From Abditibacteriaceae bacterium (lineage in GTDB: Bacteria > Armatimonadota > Abditibacteriia > Abditibacteriales > Abditibacteriaceae): a stretch of DNA of 64,000 nucleotides. A program made the position numbers and the translations under genes. Shown here one piece after another: positions 8,915 to 18,916 of the stretch. The stretch is taken from NCBI GenBank assembly GCA_965277285.1, contig OZ255721.1, positions 2,912,001-2,976,000 on the forward strand, written 5' to 3'. The notes below the pieces were generated by a model, which ran no database searches, was not told the origin of the DNA, and saw only the letters and a list, made by a program, of their open reading frames with translations. Each line of letters opens with the position of its first letter. Position 1 is the stretch's first letter.

Positions 8915-10456
8915 TCACCATTTTGGCGTCGGTTTTTTGGGCTTGGTCACTTCCACTTTTTTCTCTGACGTTTTGGGTTCTGGCGCGGTCACCGGCTTTG
9001 GTTCGACAACGGGCGCAACGGCGCCGGACTTTTCTTCTGACACTTTCGGCGGTTCGGCAGTCATCTTTTGATTGGTTTCTCTGGCGTTTTCGACAGGTGC
9101 TTGAACAATTTCTGTTGTTGGTTGCGCTGATGAACTGGGACTTTCAAGCGCCGCGTTTTGCATAGCGGGCGTGAAAGATGTTGAAAGAGGTGGCGCGGGA
9201 GACAAAGGCGCTGTTGTTGCAAGTGTTACGTTGACGGGAAGCGCGTCAGCAGTTGTCGAATTTTGTGGCGCGTTCATCGCTGGTGAAAAGCCGCTTCGAG
9301 TACTCGAAAGGTCAAGTCCTGAACGTCCCAGTTCCAATGCAGGGCGCGGCGAAGACGGGCGCATCGAAGTGCGAAAACGCGGAATGTGTGTCAGGTCGTC
9401 GTCCGTAGTTTCTGTACCGCTTTCCGTGTTCGAACTTGAAGTTTCATCAGCCGCAGATGCGGAATTCAATGTTCCCAAAACGGCGGAATTCAGCAGCGCC
9501 AAATCGTTCAACGCTTGCGGATCGTCTTTTTCGCGGCGCATCAGCCACAGCATGGCAACGATGATGGCAACCAGAAAAATGCTGCCTTCCGCGCCGAAAC
9601 TGCCGCCAGTTGCGTTTCGGTTCGCGCCAAGGGAAACATTGAGCAGATGAAAAGTGGGAATGCCGCTGACAGGCAGCGAAAAAATGCAGCCCAAACAGAA
9701 ATCCCACGCCGCGTGAAAACCAATAGGAAACCACAGCGAGCCGGTTTTGAGATAAGACAGCGCGAAGAAAACGCCGATCAAAGCGATATTCAAAACGCCC
9801 CAGCGCGCATCCCAAAAAGCGTGCGGCCATTGCGCCACGGGAAGCGTTCCGGTCGGCGCGCCGCTGGCGTCCAACTTCGTGATGACGTTGCCCAGATGCA
9901 CCAATCCGAAACCAATCGCCTGCGCCCAAAGCGCCGCGCGCACGCCCATCCACGCCGTCAAATTATGAAAAACGTAGCCGCGAAAAATGATTTCTTCGGT
10001 CACGCCGACGCAACAAAACGCGAGTGCGTAAGCCATTAAGTACAACAAAGAACGAGCGCTGTTCTGCTGCCATTCGGGTGAAAAACCGTGGACGTGAACA
10101 AAGCCGCAGGTCACGAAAATGCCGAACAACAAACTCAACGTCAAAACGCCGCAGGACGCGCCCCACATCAGACCCGAAAAGGCGCCACGCGCTCGCAAGC
10201 CCAGCGAGGCAAAGGTTTGTCGATCAAAGGCGCGGCGACAAAACCACAGCCACAGCAAAGTCGGCGGATAAACCAGAACGACCAGCAAAAGTTGATTGCG
10301 ATTGGCGAAATCGGTCGAATCGGTGAGGGGACGATGCGCAATTTGCGCCGCCACGAGCAACGCCGCGCCAATGACGCTCGCCACTGCGACCTGCGCTACA
10401 ATGGCGCCGACAGTCGCAATCAGCAGGCGCAGCAGCGGATGAAAACGAGAAGACAT
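8915..10456 (-). CDS. CPBP/CAAX (Abi) family intramembrane metalloprotease with a long disordered C-terminal tail
   Basis: EEIIFRG, FGLVH, FHAAWD motifs. Tail rich in S/T/P/K/E. Confidence 0.88.
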   Translation of the reverse strand: MSSRFHPLLRLLIATVGAIVAQVAVASVIGAALLVAAQIAHRPLTDSTDFANRNQLLLVVLVYPPTLLWLWFCRRAFDRQTFASLGLRARGAFSGLMWGASCGVLTLSLLFGIFVTCGFVHVHGFSPEWQQNSARSLLYLMAYALAFCCVGVTEEIIFRGYVFHNLTAWMGVRAALWAQAIGFGLVHLGNVITKLDASGAPTGTLPVAQWPHAFWDARWGVLNIALIGVFFALSYLKTGSLWFPIGFHAAWDFCLGCIFSLPVSGIPTFHLLNVSLGANRNATGGSFGAEGSIFLVAIIVAMLWLMRREKDDPQALNDLALLNSAVLGTLNSASAADETSSSNTESGTETTDDDLTHIPRFRTSMRPSSPRPALELGRSGLDLSSTRSGFSPAMNAPQNSTTADALPVNVTLATTAPLSPAPPLSTSFTPAMQNAALESPSSSAQPTTEIVQAPVENARETNQKMTAEPPKVSEEKSGAVAPVVEPKPVTAPEPKTSEKKVEVTKPKKPTPKW

Positions 10457-10579
10457 GGAATTGACGATTGATAAATCAGGATTGACGATTATCGAGTACT
10501 CGAAAGCGAAGTCTTTGCGTGCAGAATAACACGTTGTATAAACCCAATCGTCATTCGCCAATCCAAAATCGTCAATCAA

Positions 10580-11293
10580 TTAAACGGCTTTCATTTGCCG
10601 CAATTGTTCTTTGCCTTGCTCGACACCTGCCGCGAGTTTGTCCAGCACCGTCGCGGTTTTTTCCAAGATTTCATACGCGTAATTGTCGGCGTCGTCGCGC
10701 AGTTGATCGGCGTGGTTTTCGGTGGCTTCTTGCAACTCGCGGGCGCGTTGCTGCGCGGCTTGTGTGATGGTGTCTTCGGCGACCAATTGTTCAGCGTGCT
10801 GTTGCGCGTCGGCGACGATGCGTTCGGCTTCGCGGCGCGCGTCTTCGAGGACACGAGTGCCTTGATTTTGTGCTTCCTGCATTGTACGCTCGGCTTGAGC
10901 GCGCGAATTAGCAATTAATTGTTCCGCCTGGGCGCGCGATGTGGTCGCGGTTTGTTCCGCTTGAGCGCGCGAATCGTTGATTAACCGGTCGGCCTGAGCG
11001 CGCGACGTATTTTGCGTTTGTTCGGCCTGAGCGCGCGATTCTTCGATCATGTGGCGCGCTTCGGCCTGCGCTTCGGTGACCAAAGTCTGCGCTTGCATTT
11101 GCGCATCGGCGACCATGCGTTCGCTGTCGCGCGTGACGCGGACGGCTTTTTGCAAATCGTCCGGCAGGGCTTTTTTGAGCTTGAGAATTTTTTCGTAAAA
11201 CTCGTCTTCGTTGACCAAAACTTTGTTGAAAGGCAAGCCTTTGCCGTCCTCAACAAACTGCTCCAATTCTTCTATGATGCGAAAAACGTCTAT
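10580..11293 (-). CDS. coiled-coil DivIVA/SepIVA-like protein (family usually found downstream of rsmD-coaD)
   Basis: LPDDLQKAVRV..RMVADA and ADNYAYEIL motifs, internal SRAQAEQ repeats. Probable AUA start at 11293 (the ORF track uses TTG at 11266). Confidence 0.75.
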   Translation of the reverse strand: MDVFRIIEELEQFVEDGKGLPFNKVLVNEDEFYEKILKLKKALPDDLQKAVRVTRDSERMVADAQMQAQTLVTEAQAEARHMIEESRAQAEQTQNTSRAQADRLINDSRAQAEQTATTSRAQAEQLIANSRAQAERTMQEAQNQGTRVLEDARREAERIVADAQQHAEQLVAEDTITQAAQQRARELQEATENHADQLRDDADNYAYEILEKTATVLDKLAAGVEQGKEQLRQMKAV

Positions 11294-11357
11294 GGCCGAG
11301 CCTCCCCCACGTCAGATATTTGGGTCAACATCTGCGGGTACTCTTGCGAGATAATAT

Positions 11358-11978
11358 TTAATTTGAAATGATGTCAGATGAGTCGCTCGATGCGTCATTC
11401 GAGTACTCGTTTGCCGTTTCCAGAAACACCAACATTGATTCGCCAGCGCGCCGTTCCTGCACGCGTTTGTAAGCATCCGAAAGCGACAACTTCGCTTTCC
11501 AATGATGCTGAATTACCAGCAAACCGGAAAATGGCTTTTTCCCATTATGCAACAACTGCGGCAAGTTGTCCAACGCCGCGCACAATTCCGGTAGCTCCGT
11601 CGCGCGATCAAACGGCGGATCAGCCAAAATCAGATCGAAAGTTTCCTGTTTTTCACCCAAACGCGTTAGTGATTTTTGCACAGAATTCTGCCATATCGTG
11701 GCGCGATTTTCCCAACCCAGCGCGCGAATGTTGTCGCCAATCGCGCGGCACGCCTGCGCATTTTGCTCGATGAACAAACACGAACTCGCGCCGCGACTGA
11801 GCGCTTCCAATCCCAGCGAACCACTTCCCGCATATAAATCGAGGACGCGTGCATCTAAGGTTCGCGCGCCGACGATGTTGAACAAGGTTTCGCGCGAACG
11901 CGCATCGGTCGGGCGCGTACCGTTGCCTTCGCGCGTTTTGATGGTTCGCCCGCGCGCTTCGCCTGCTAAAATTCGCAT
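11358..11978 (-). CDS. rsmD: 16S rRNA m2G966 methyltransferase
   Basis: MRILAGEARGR, TRPT, LDLYAGSGSLGLEALSRG, DPPF. Confidence 0.93.
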   Translation of the reverse strand: MRILAGEARGRTIKTREGNGTRPTDARSRETLFNIVGARTLDARVLDLYAGSGSLGLEALSRGASSCLFIEQNAQACRAIGDNIRALGWENRATIWQNSVQKSLTRLGEKQETFDLILADPPFDRATELPELCAALDNLPQLLHNGKKPFSGLLVIQHHWKAKLSLSDAYKRVQERRAGESMLVFLETANEYSNDASSDSSDIISN

Positions 11979-12027
11979 AAACTCTTATTCTAACTTTTTC
12001 ACCGCGCAGAGAAGAGATGAGTTGTAC

Positions 12028-12055
12028 GTACGGGCTTGGCGCGCCAAGCCCGTAC
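12028..12055. repeat. GTAS-type REP palindrome
   Basis: gtacgggcttggcgcgccaagcccgtac. Family members at 4160, 15668, 15989-16097, 29503-29577, 47858-47885, 49911-49986, 63018-63127. Confidence 0.85.
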
Positions 12056-12116
12056 GTTACGCACTTCTAAACTTTTCTTCGCACCCTTCGCGTTCTTCGC
12101 GGTGAACTTTTCGACT

Positions 12117-12590
12117 ATGAAAAATACTTTTCCTGTAGATGAAAGTGTCGAGGTGCGTTTCCCCGCCGCGTTTTTGACGGTGATGACGCTGGCCTTGCTG
12201 CTGGGCGGAATGGTAACGTGCGGCTTGATGTGGCTTTTGTCGGGAATGCAGCCGCACGCGCAGCAACACACGTTGCGCGCGGTCGGCACGGCGGTTTTGT
12301 TCACCGACATCGGCATGGCGATTTTTTTGCGCGCCTTTCTGGGCAACGCCTTCGTGCGCGCCGACAACAAAGGCGTCACCAAACGCAGCGGTTTCGCACG
12401 GGAACAATTCGTCGCGTGGGACAATATCGCGCGGCTGGAAACGCAAAAATCCGGAGCCAGCATCATCGGCCTGACCTTGTTCGACCGCGACAACAAATCC
12501 GTGATGCGCATTCGCCCCGAAGCGCGCCCGCCATTGGACAAAACCAAAATCGTCGCGTTTATCGAAAAGAAGTTGAACGCGCGGCATTAA
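12117..12590 (+). CDS. membrane protein with bacterial PH-like domain
   Basis: Two TM helices followed by VRADNKGV..FVAWDNIARL. Confidence 0.6.
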   Translation: MKNTFPVDESVEVRFPAAFLTVMTLALLLGGMVTCGLMWLLSGMQPHAQQHTLRAVGTAVLFTDIGMAIFLRAFLGNAFVRADNKGVTKRSGFAREQFVAWDNIARLETQKSGASIIGLTLFDRDNKSVMRIRPEARPPLDKTKIVAFIEKKLNARH

Positions 12591-13468
12591 TCGAGTCTTC
12601 TCAAGAAAGAAGAAAAGAAAGACCTATGCCTCGTTATTAACTTTTCTTCTTTCGCAGCTACTGCAAGGGTTTCAGATTTTTTGAGTGCGTATGCCTTGCT
12701 AAGTGCACAGATCTCTACCGCATCCTGCACAAAAGATTCTATTGCAGGTTTTGTTATTAAGTGAATATCGCAGGGCTGACCTGATGTCGTACGCTTCCAA
12801 CGAACTACTGCGCGGTCTACTTCATGTACACCTAAATCTCCATTATCGGACAACCAACTTACGAATAATGGGCAATCGATAATAATCACTGGGATCGCAA
12901 CACCAACAATATACAGGCTTGTAAAGCTCATGCTCTTTGATTTGACGCTATTATCAAAATGCCTAATAAATGATTCAGATGACTTTACAGCACTTAAAGC
13001 CGCTTTGTAACAAACATCCTGCCCCGAAGTAAAAGCTTGAGTCAGACCATAACCCACGAAATTACCCTGAAAGAAGTGAAGATTTTTAAGTTGACCTTCT
13101 AAACCGTTTTTATCCATATAATCGTTCTGGAGAAGCCGCCGCCAGAGATTTGATTGTAGGGTATCTGCGGGTGAAGAAAACCGGTAATAAGGCGAATCTG
13201 TAAATAGTATCCAAGGTTTATCGGATGAGGTTTTACATTCTATACAGTAGTTCATCTCAAACACAAATGAGCCTTTAGGATATGTGCGAGTGGAGGCTAC
13301 TACGTCTATCTCTCTCTGTTCGTTTGTTTCTGGATCATTGTAAAGATCAGACAAACTAACGTCAAAACCTGCTGAATGGAGGGCATTCGCTACTGCCATT
13401 TCCAATGGATAGCCTTGCCCTTTAATCCATTTACCTACTTTATTCTGTAATGAATCTTGTTCGTTCAT
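12587..13468 (-). CDS. hypothetical protein, PD-(D/E)xK nuclease-like
   Basis: GYPLEMAV, REIDVVA, IECK motifs. Clearly AT-rich relative to flanks. Confidence 0.65.
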   Translation of the reverse strand: MNEQDSLQNKVGKWIKGQGYPLEMAVANALHSAGFDVSLSDLYNDPETNEQREIDVVASTRTYPKGSFVFEMNYCIECKTSSDKPWILFTDSPYYRFSSPADTLQSNLWRRLLQNDYMDKNGLEGQLKNLHFFQGNFVGYGLTQAFTSGQDVCYKAALSAVKSSESFIRHFDNSVKSKSMSFTSLYIVGVAIPVIIIDCPLFVSWLSDNGDLGVHEVDRAVVRWKRTTSGQPCDIHLITKPAIESFVQDAVEICALSKAYALKKSETLAVAAKEEKLITRHRSFFSSFLRRLD

Positions 13469-13476
13469 AATTCGTC

Positions 13477-15978
13477 TTAACTCACTTGAATCAAGCTCAA
13501 TTTATCGCCCCAAAAGCGGCGCAGCGCGTCTTTGAGTACTCGATGTTCGTCCCATTCGAGGTGCGGATCGGCGGCGACGAGTTGGAAAGCGGCTTCGCGC
13601 GCCTGGGCGATGATGTCCACATCGCGGATGATGTTGGCCAGGCGAAAGTCGGGCAGGCCGCTCTGACGCGTGCCGTAAAATTCGCCCGGGCCGCGCAAGT
13701 TCAAGTCGTATTCGGCGATTTCAAAACCGTTTTGCGTTTTGGTCATCACACTTAAACGCGCGCGGCCTTCGTCGGTTTTCGGGTTGCCCAACAAAATACA
13801 CGTTGACGGATGTTCGCCGCGCCCGACGCGACCTCGCAACTGATGCAACTGCGAAAGCCCGAACCGCTCGGCGTCTTCGACCAGCATCACGGTCGCGTTC
13901 GGCACATCGACGCCGACTTCGATGACAGTTGTCGAAACCAGAACGTCGCGCATTCCCGCGCGGAACAATTCCATTTGCTCGTCGCGTTCGCTTACATCCA
14001 TTTGCCCGTGAATCAGGCCGACGCGCAAATCGTGCAGTTCGTTGTGGCGCAGCGTTTCAGCTAAAACTGTCGCGGCCTGCAAATGCGCCAGCGCTTCGGA
14101 TTCTTCGACCAGCGGACAAACCACATACGCCTGGCGCCCGTTTTCGACTTCCTTGCGAATGATTTTATAAGCGCGCTCGCGGCTTTGCGGCTTGATTTGC
14201 AACGTTTTTATTGGCTGTCTGCCAGGCGGAAGTTCATCTAAAACGCTGACGTCCAAGTCGCCGTAAACCGTCAGCGCCATCGTGCGCGGAATCGGTGTCG
14301 CGGTCATTACTAAAACATCGGGACGCAAGCCACTGGCGCCTTTTTGCGCCAAGGTCGCGCGCTGCATCACGCCGAAACGATGCTGTTCATCGACGACACA
14401 AACGCTCAGTTTGTGGAACTCGATGCCTTCCTGAATCAGCGCGTGCGTGCCGACTACGACATGAACGCGACCTTCGGCGAGATCGGTTTGAACGCGGCGT
14501 TTTTGCGCCGCGCGCAGCGAACCTTCCAACAACGCGACCTCGACGCCCAGCGGTTCGAGTACTCGTTTGAGCGTGGAATAATGCTGCTCGGCCAAAATCT
14601 CGGTCGGGGCGAGCAGCGCGCCTTGTTGACCTGTGGCAAACGCCGTCCACAGCGCATACGCCGCGACAATGGTTTTTCCGCTACCAACATCGCCGTGCAA
14701 AAGGCGGTTCATCGGGCGCGGAGATTTCAAATCTTTGCGGATTTCGTTCATCGCGCGCTTCTGGGCGCCGGTCAGTTTGAAGGGAAGTTTTGAGAGAAAA
14801 CCTTTAATCTCTTCATCGGGAACGAGGTGGCGAATGCCGATTTCTTCGGTGTGCGCCGCGATTTTCTTTTGCGCCAAAGCGACTTGCAAGAGGAACAATT
14901 CTTCAAACACCAATCGCAAGCGCGCTTCTTCTTTTAATTCCAAATCGTCGGGGAAATGAATCTGCTTTAACGACCACGCAAGTTCCGGCAAATTGAAGTG
15001 CGTTCGAGTACTCGATGGAATTGGATCTTCAACGGCTTCGGCGCAACGTTCGAGCGCGCCGAAAATGGCTTTGCGAATCGCGCTCTGAAACATTCCTTCA
15101 GTCAAAGGATAAATCGGCACGATGCGACCGACTTGAAAACCGTTGTCCTCAGCGCCCATGATTTCAAATTCGGGCGCGTCCATTTGCAACGTGCCGCCGA
15201 ACTCGCTGATTTTGCCATAGAGAAATAATTGCGTGCCGACGGGAAACTGCTTTTCGCGGAACGGCTGATTCCACCATTGCAAATCCAAACGCCCGCTGCT
15301 GTCGCCGACACGAACGCGCGTCAGATTGCGATTGTTGGCCATCTTACGCGTTTGCGGCGCGAACAGAACCGTCGCGCAAACGCTGTCTTTGGTGCCGGGT
15401 TCGACTTGCGCAATCGGCTTGACGACGCGGCGATCTTCGTAGCGCGCGGGAAAATAATAAAGCAGGTCGTAAACCGTGCGAAGTCCCAATTTCTTCAACG
15501 CTTCGGCACGCTTTGGCCCGATGCCTTTGAGATACGTCAAATCGGTGTCGAGTTCGCAACGCGCGTTTGGAGTGACTGTGGGAGTTGGTTGCCTGGCTGG
15601 CATCGGCGATTCGGCAGGCTGCGCAATCGAGTACTCGATTGACGTGGCAGGCTGCGGCACGGGTTCAGGGCGAGGCGGCGCCTCGCCCCTACGATTGGCG
15701 AACGGCTGCAATTCTTCGATCAAACGTTGCGTTTCCGTGATTGCCTGGCGGCGTTCATCGAGCGAAGCGTTTTCATAATTTGTCCAAAGATTGAGCAATC
15801 GTTGCAATCGAAACTCGGCTTCGGGCGCGACTTCATTGCTTTGAATTCCGCGCAATGCGCCTTCGATGTGGCCGATCATAAAACCATCCAGACCGCCGAT
15901 GACAGACGCATTGGAAAAGCCGGTTTTCGCTTCCGCCGCCAAAGGTTTGAGAAGTTGCAGCAAAAGTTCGCGCAGCAT
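13477..15978 (-). CDS. recG: ATP-dependent DNA helicase RecG
   Basis: GDVGSGKT, DEQHRFG, MTATPIPRT, QLRGRVGRG, RGPGE. N-terminal extension present. Confidence 0.96.
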   Translation of the reverse strand: MLRELLLQLLKPLAAEAKTGFSNASVIGGLDGFMIGHIEGALRGIQSNEVAPEAEFRLQRLLNLWTNYENASLDERRQAITETQRLIEELQPFANRRGEAPPRPEPVPQPATSIEYSIAQPAESPMPARQPTPTVTPNARCELDTDLTYLKGIGPKRAEALKKLGLRTVYDLLYYFPARYEDRRVVKPIAQVEPGTKDSVCATVLFAPQTRKMANNRNLTRVRVGDSSGRLDLQWWNQPFREKQFPVGTQLFLYGKISEFGGTLQMDAPEFEIMGAEDNGFQVGRIVPIYPLTEGMFQSAIRKAIFGALERCAEAVEDPIPSSTRTHFNLPELAWSLKQIHFPDDLELKEEARLRLVFEELFLLQVALAQKKIAAHTEEIGIRHLVPDEEIKGFLSKLPFKLTGAQKRAMNEIRKDLKSPRPMNRLLHGDVGSGKTIVAAYALWTAFATGQQGALLAPTEILAEQHYSTLKRVLEPLGVEVALLEGSLRAAQKRRVQTDLAEGRVHVVVGTHALIQEGIEFHKLSVCVVDEQHRFGVMQRATLAQKGASGLRPDVLVMTATPIPRTMALTVYGDLDVSVLDELPPGRQPIKTLQIKPQSRERAYKIIRKEVENGRQAYVVCPLVEESEALAHLQAATVLAETLRHNELHDLRVGLIHGQMDVSERDEQMELFRAGMRDVLVSTTVIEVGVDVPNATVMLVEDAERFGLSQLHQLRGRVGRGEHPSTCILLGNPKTDEGRARLSVMTKTQNGFEIAEYDLNLRGPGEFYGTRQSGLPDFRLANIIRDVDIIAQAREAAFQLVAADPHLEWDEHRVLKDALRRFWGDKLSLIQVS

Positions 15979-15988
15979 GAGAGGAATT

Positions 15989-16097
15989 GTAGGGGCGAGT
16001 CGGTGGCTCGCCCGAAGCTCGCGCTCCTACGACAATCGAGTACTCGATATTCGTTGCACGCGGAAAAAGAGCGGACGAGCCAGTGCCTCGCCCCTAC
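15989..16097. repeat. GTAG-type REP doublet enclosing a 12-bp palindrome
   Basis: gtaggggcgagtcggtggctcgccc ... ggacgagccagtgcctcgcccctac, with the palindrome at 16036. Confidence 0.75.
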
Positions 16098-16098
16098 G

Positions 16099-16671
16099 TT
16101 ATTTCTTCGTCGTTTCTTCGCGTCGCTTGACGACGATCACGTTTTGAATGTCGCGGTTCGACAAAATGTGCAGACGGCCTTCGCGGTCGCGCAAAATGGT
16201 GGAGCGCAGAGTGAAACGTTCCACGGTTCCCGCGTGATTGTCGATTTCGACGACATCGCCGACGGCCAAAGTGTCTTCAGCCAACAGCGTGTAGCCTTGC
16301 GACAAGTCGCGCAAAATTGGCACAAGTCCAGCGGCGAAAAGCGCGACGATGGCGCCAATAGCGAGTGAAAGTGGCAAAATCGGCACGCCGAACAAGTTGA
16401 AAACCAGCAGCATTGCAATTGTATAAAGAATGCTGCGCGAGAAGATTTTTGGCGTCTGGCGCAAAACGGTGCGGCGCCGCATTCGCCAACCGGCTTCACG
16501 ATTGGTGTCGACTGTAATTAAGGGCGTTACTTGCTTTTCCAGAAAACGATTGAACCACCACGTCAAAAGTTCAAACGCAATCGCCAGACAAAGGATGTAG
16601 GCGCCTTTGAGAATCAATGCTGACAAGTTCAAATTCGCGCGCAGGGCGTCTTGCAACTGAGAAAGGTTCAT
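16099..16671 (-). CDS. small-conductance mechanosensitive channel (MscS family), short form
   Basis: LAVGDVVEI..GTVERFTLRSTILRDREG..ILSN. Confidence 0.85.
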   Translation of the reverse strand: MNLSQLQDALRANLNLSALILKGAYILCLAIAFELLTWWFNRFLEKQVTPLITVDTNREAGWRMRRRTVLRQTPKIFSRSILYTIAMLLVFNLFGVPILPLSLAIGAIVALFAAGLVPILRDLSQGYTLLAEDTLAVGDVVEIDNHAGTVERFTLRSTILRDREGRLHILSNRDIQNVIVVKRREETTKK

Positions 16672-17270
16672 TGTTTGGTGGTTCCTTCAATCGTGAGTTT
16701 CTGGTCGTCAATCGTCACTGTCTCGATTTTTCCGGGCAGTTTTTCGCTCCACTTGTTCAAGGCGCGCGTCACTTCTTTTTGTGCTTTTTTCTTCAACGAA
16801 CCGACCGAAAACCCCTGCACTTTCAATTCGCCAGCCTGGAAATCGAGTTGCCCGTTTTTGACAGAAACGTCTCCGGTCAAGGTCGCGGTCGCATCGAAAC
16901 CTTTGTAGTTGACGCGGCCTTGCAACGCCATTTCGCCAGGCGAAAGCCCGATGTTGATGTCGCGCACGGGAAACTTTGAGGTGTCCAGGCGGTCTTGCAA
17001 AAGCGTGTTCAACTGCTCTTCGGTCGCTTCGATGTGGAAAGTTTTCTTTTCGCCGCTTTTGCTTTCGCGCGCCACTTGCTCGACCTGATCGGTTAGTTTT
17101 TGCGCGTCGGCGCGACGCTGCGCTTTTTCCTGTGGCGCCAATTGCGCGAATGGAACCGCTGTCGAAACGCGCGGCGGCGCCACTTTTTGATAAATGAAAT
17201 AAGCGCCCACGCCCAGAACGACGAGCAACACGAGCGGCACAAAGGAAAAACGTCGTATTCTCATAAGCAA
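16668..17270 (-). CDS. membrane-anchored hypothetical protein (DUF2140/DUF2993-like)
   Basis: N-terminal TM anchor, TEEQLNTLL, beta-rich C-terminus ending LTIEG. Confidence 0.6.
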   Translation of the reverse strand: MLMRIRRFSFVPLVLLVVLGVGAYFIYQKVAPPRVSTAVPFAQLAPQEKAQRRADAQKLTDQVEQVARESKSGEKKTFHIEATEEQLNTLLQDRLDTSKFPVRDINIGLSPGEMALQGRVNYKGFDATATLTGDVSVKNGQLDFQAGELKVQGFSVGSLKKKAQKEVTRALNKWSEKLPGKIETVTIDDQKLTIEGTTKQ

Positions 17271-17396
17271 TTGTCGATTCGAGTACTCGGTAGTCGGAAA
17301 ATCGTTTTCAGAACGTGTGAAGAAAGTCCAGAAAATGACAGAAATACGCCATCAAACTGGCAGTTTGATGGCTCTTCCATCTTTCTCTACAAAAAT

Positions 17397-18824
17397 TCAT
17401 GGCGATTTCATTTTCTCGTAGAAAGAAACGCCGAGTTCTTTCGCGCGGTTCATGCGCTCGTTCAAAGGCATCTCGAGCGGCGCTATCGAGCGACAATGCC
17501 AATCTTTGCCGCTGGGGTCGCCCGTCGCATAATATTTTCCGGTACACGCCGCGCCCGCCGCCCGCTCCTGATATTGATCGGGATAAAAGCGGAAATAACT
17601 CCACGTCGGCCAAAACGACAGGAAACAAAACAACCACAAAACCGCGCGCTCTCCAACGCGCCATTGCGAGTTCGCCGTAAGTTGATACCACGTCGCGGCT
17701 GACAGCGGAACCAAGAGCGTAACGAATTCCGTATAACGCGGCGTCTTCGACATTGTAAGGCCAACGCCCGCGCGCCCCGACGTGATGGATAACAACACCA
17801 TCAGCAAACCCAGCACAATCGCGCACGGCGCCCAGAAACTAAACGCGTTTTTCTCGAAAGTTTCCTTTTGACGAGCGCGAAACAATAATTTCCAGAACGG
17901 CGCAAGAACGAAAAGCAGGCACGCCAGCCCGCAAATAACCGAATACGAAGCGAAACCAAAACCCGCTGAAACGATGTTCAAGAACCAAATCCAGAACACG
18001 GCGGAAAATGGCGAAGCCTTGAGATCTTGCGCAGTCGCAGCGTGCCATCCATCGAACCAAAAAGCGATCGCGCCGATCAACAAAACCGCGACTACCGCCA
18101 ATTGCTGCCATTCGCGCCCGCGCAATGCACTTTCGACGCTCTGCGCGCGACGTATTTTCCACAGGCCGAAGACCAACAGCAGCACGGCGCACGAAACCAA
18201 TCCGCTCGATAGCGAGTAGATCGACAAAATCGCGCACAAGGAACCGGCCAGCAACAATTTCCAGCTTTGAGTTGTGTTGCCATCCGCGCCCATTTTTTCA
18301 CTGAAAAGCAGCAGGACAGCGCACAGGAAAAACAGCACGACAAAGTGAAACGACGACTGAAACGCCATCAAATGGTTTTCGTGATTGATCGGCGACAGCA
18401 AGAAAACCACGAACGCTAAAACCATCCACAACGGCATTTGCGGCGCGATTTTGCGTGTCAACTGAATCACGACCAGCAAGAGAACGCCATAGATCCCAAA
18501 GTTGAGAAGTTGCTGAACCGCGATGTCCCAGTTGTTCCAGTGATAAAGCAGCCAGATGAAAAGTTTATCGGTGACAATGCGATGTTCGTTGTGCTGCGCG
18601 AAAAGCCATGGAATGTTCAAGTTGGACGACAAAGCGTCGGGGCGCAACATTTCCCATTCGTCCCAAAACGGAATATCGACCGCATACGTCCATACCGCAA
18701 AAAAGTGGTATAGATACAATCCCAGACAAAACAAAATCGCCGCGCTGTCCGCGATTTTCGTCTTGCCCGACCATAGGGAAAGCGATGTCGTTGCCGTGTT
18801 ATCCGTCGCAGATGTTCGCAGCAT
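17397..18824 (-). CDS. polytopic membrane protein (GT-C glycosyltransferase-like)
   Basis: DIPFWDEW, LFAQHNEHRI and many TM helices. Confidence 0.65.
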   Translation of the reverse strand: MLRTSATDNTATTSLSLWSGKTKIADSAAILFCLGLYLYHFFAVWTYAVDIPFWDEWEMLRPDALSSNLNIPWLFAQHNEHRIVTDKLFIWLLYHWNNWDIAVQQLLNFGIYGVLLLVVIQLTRKIAPQMPLWMVLAFVVFLLSPINHENHLMAFQSSFHFVVLFFLCAVLLLFSEKMGADGNTTQSWKLLLAGSLCAILSIYSLSSGLVSCAVLLLVFGLWKIRRAQSVESALRGREWQQLAVVAVLLIGAIAFWFDGWHAATAQDLKASPFSAVFWIWFLNIVSAGFGFASYSVICGLACLLFVLAPFWKLLFRARQKETFEKNAFSFWAPCAIVLGLLMVLLSITSGRAGVGLTMSKTPRYTEFVTLLVPLSAATWYQLTANSQWRVGERAVLWLFCFLSFWPTWSYFRFYPDQYQERAAGAACTGKYYATGDPSGKDWHCRSIAPLEMPLNERMNRAKELGVSFYEKMKSP

Positions 18825-18916
18825 AAATCGAGTTGGAAGGCCAAATGAAAGCAGAACGTGATTTTATCAGCATTCGAGTACTCGAATGCGCACGCAAGTA
18901 CCGTTTCAGGAAGATT

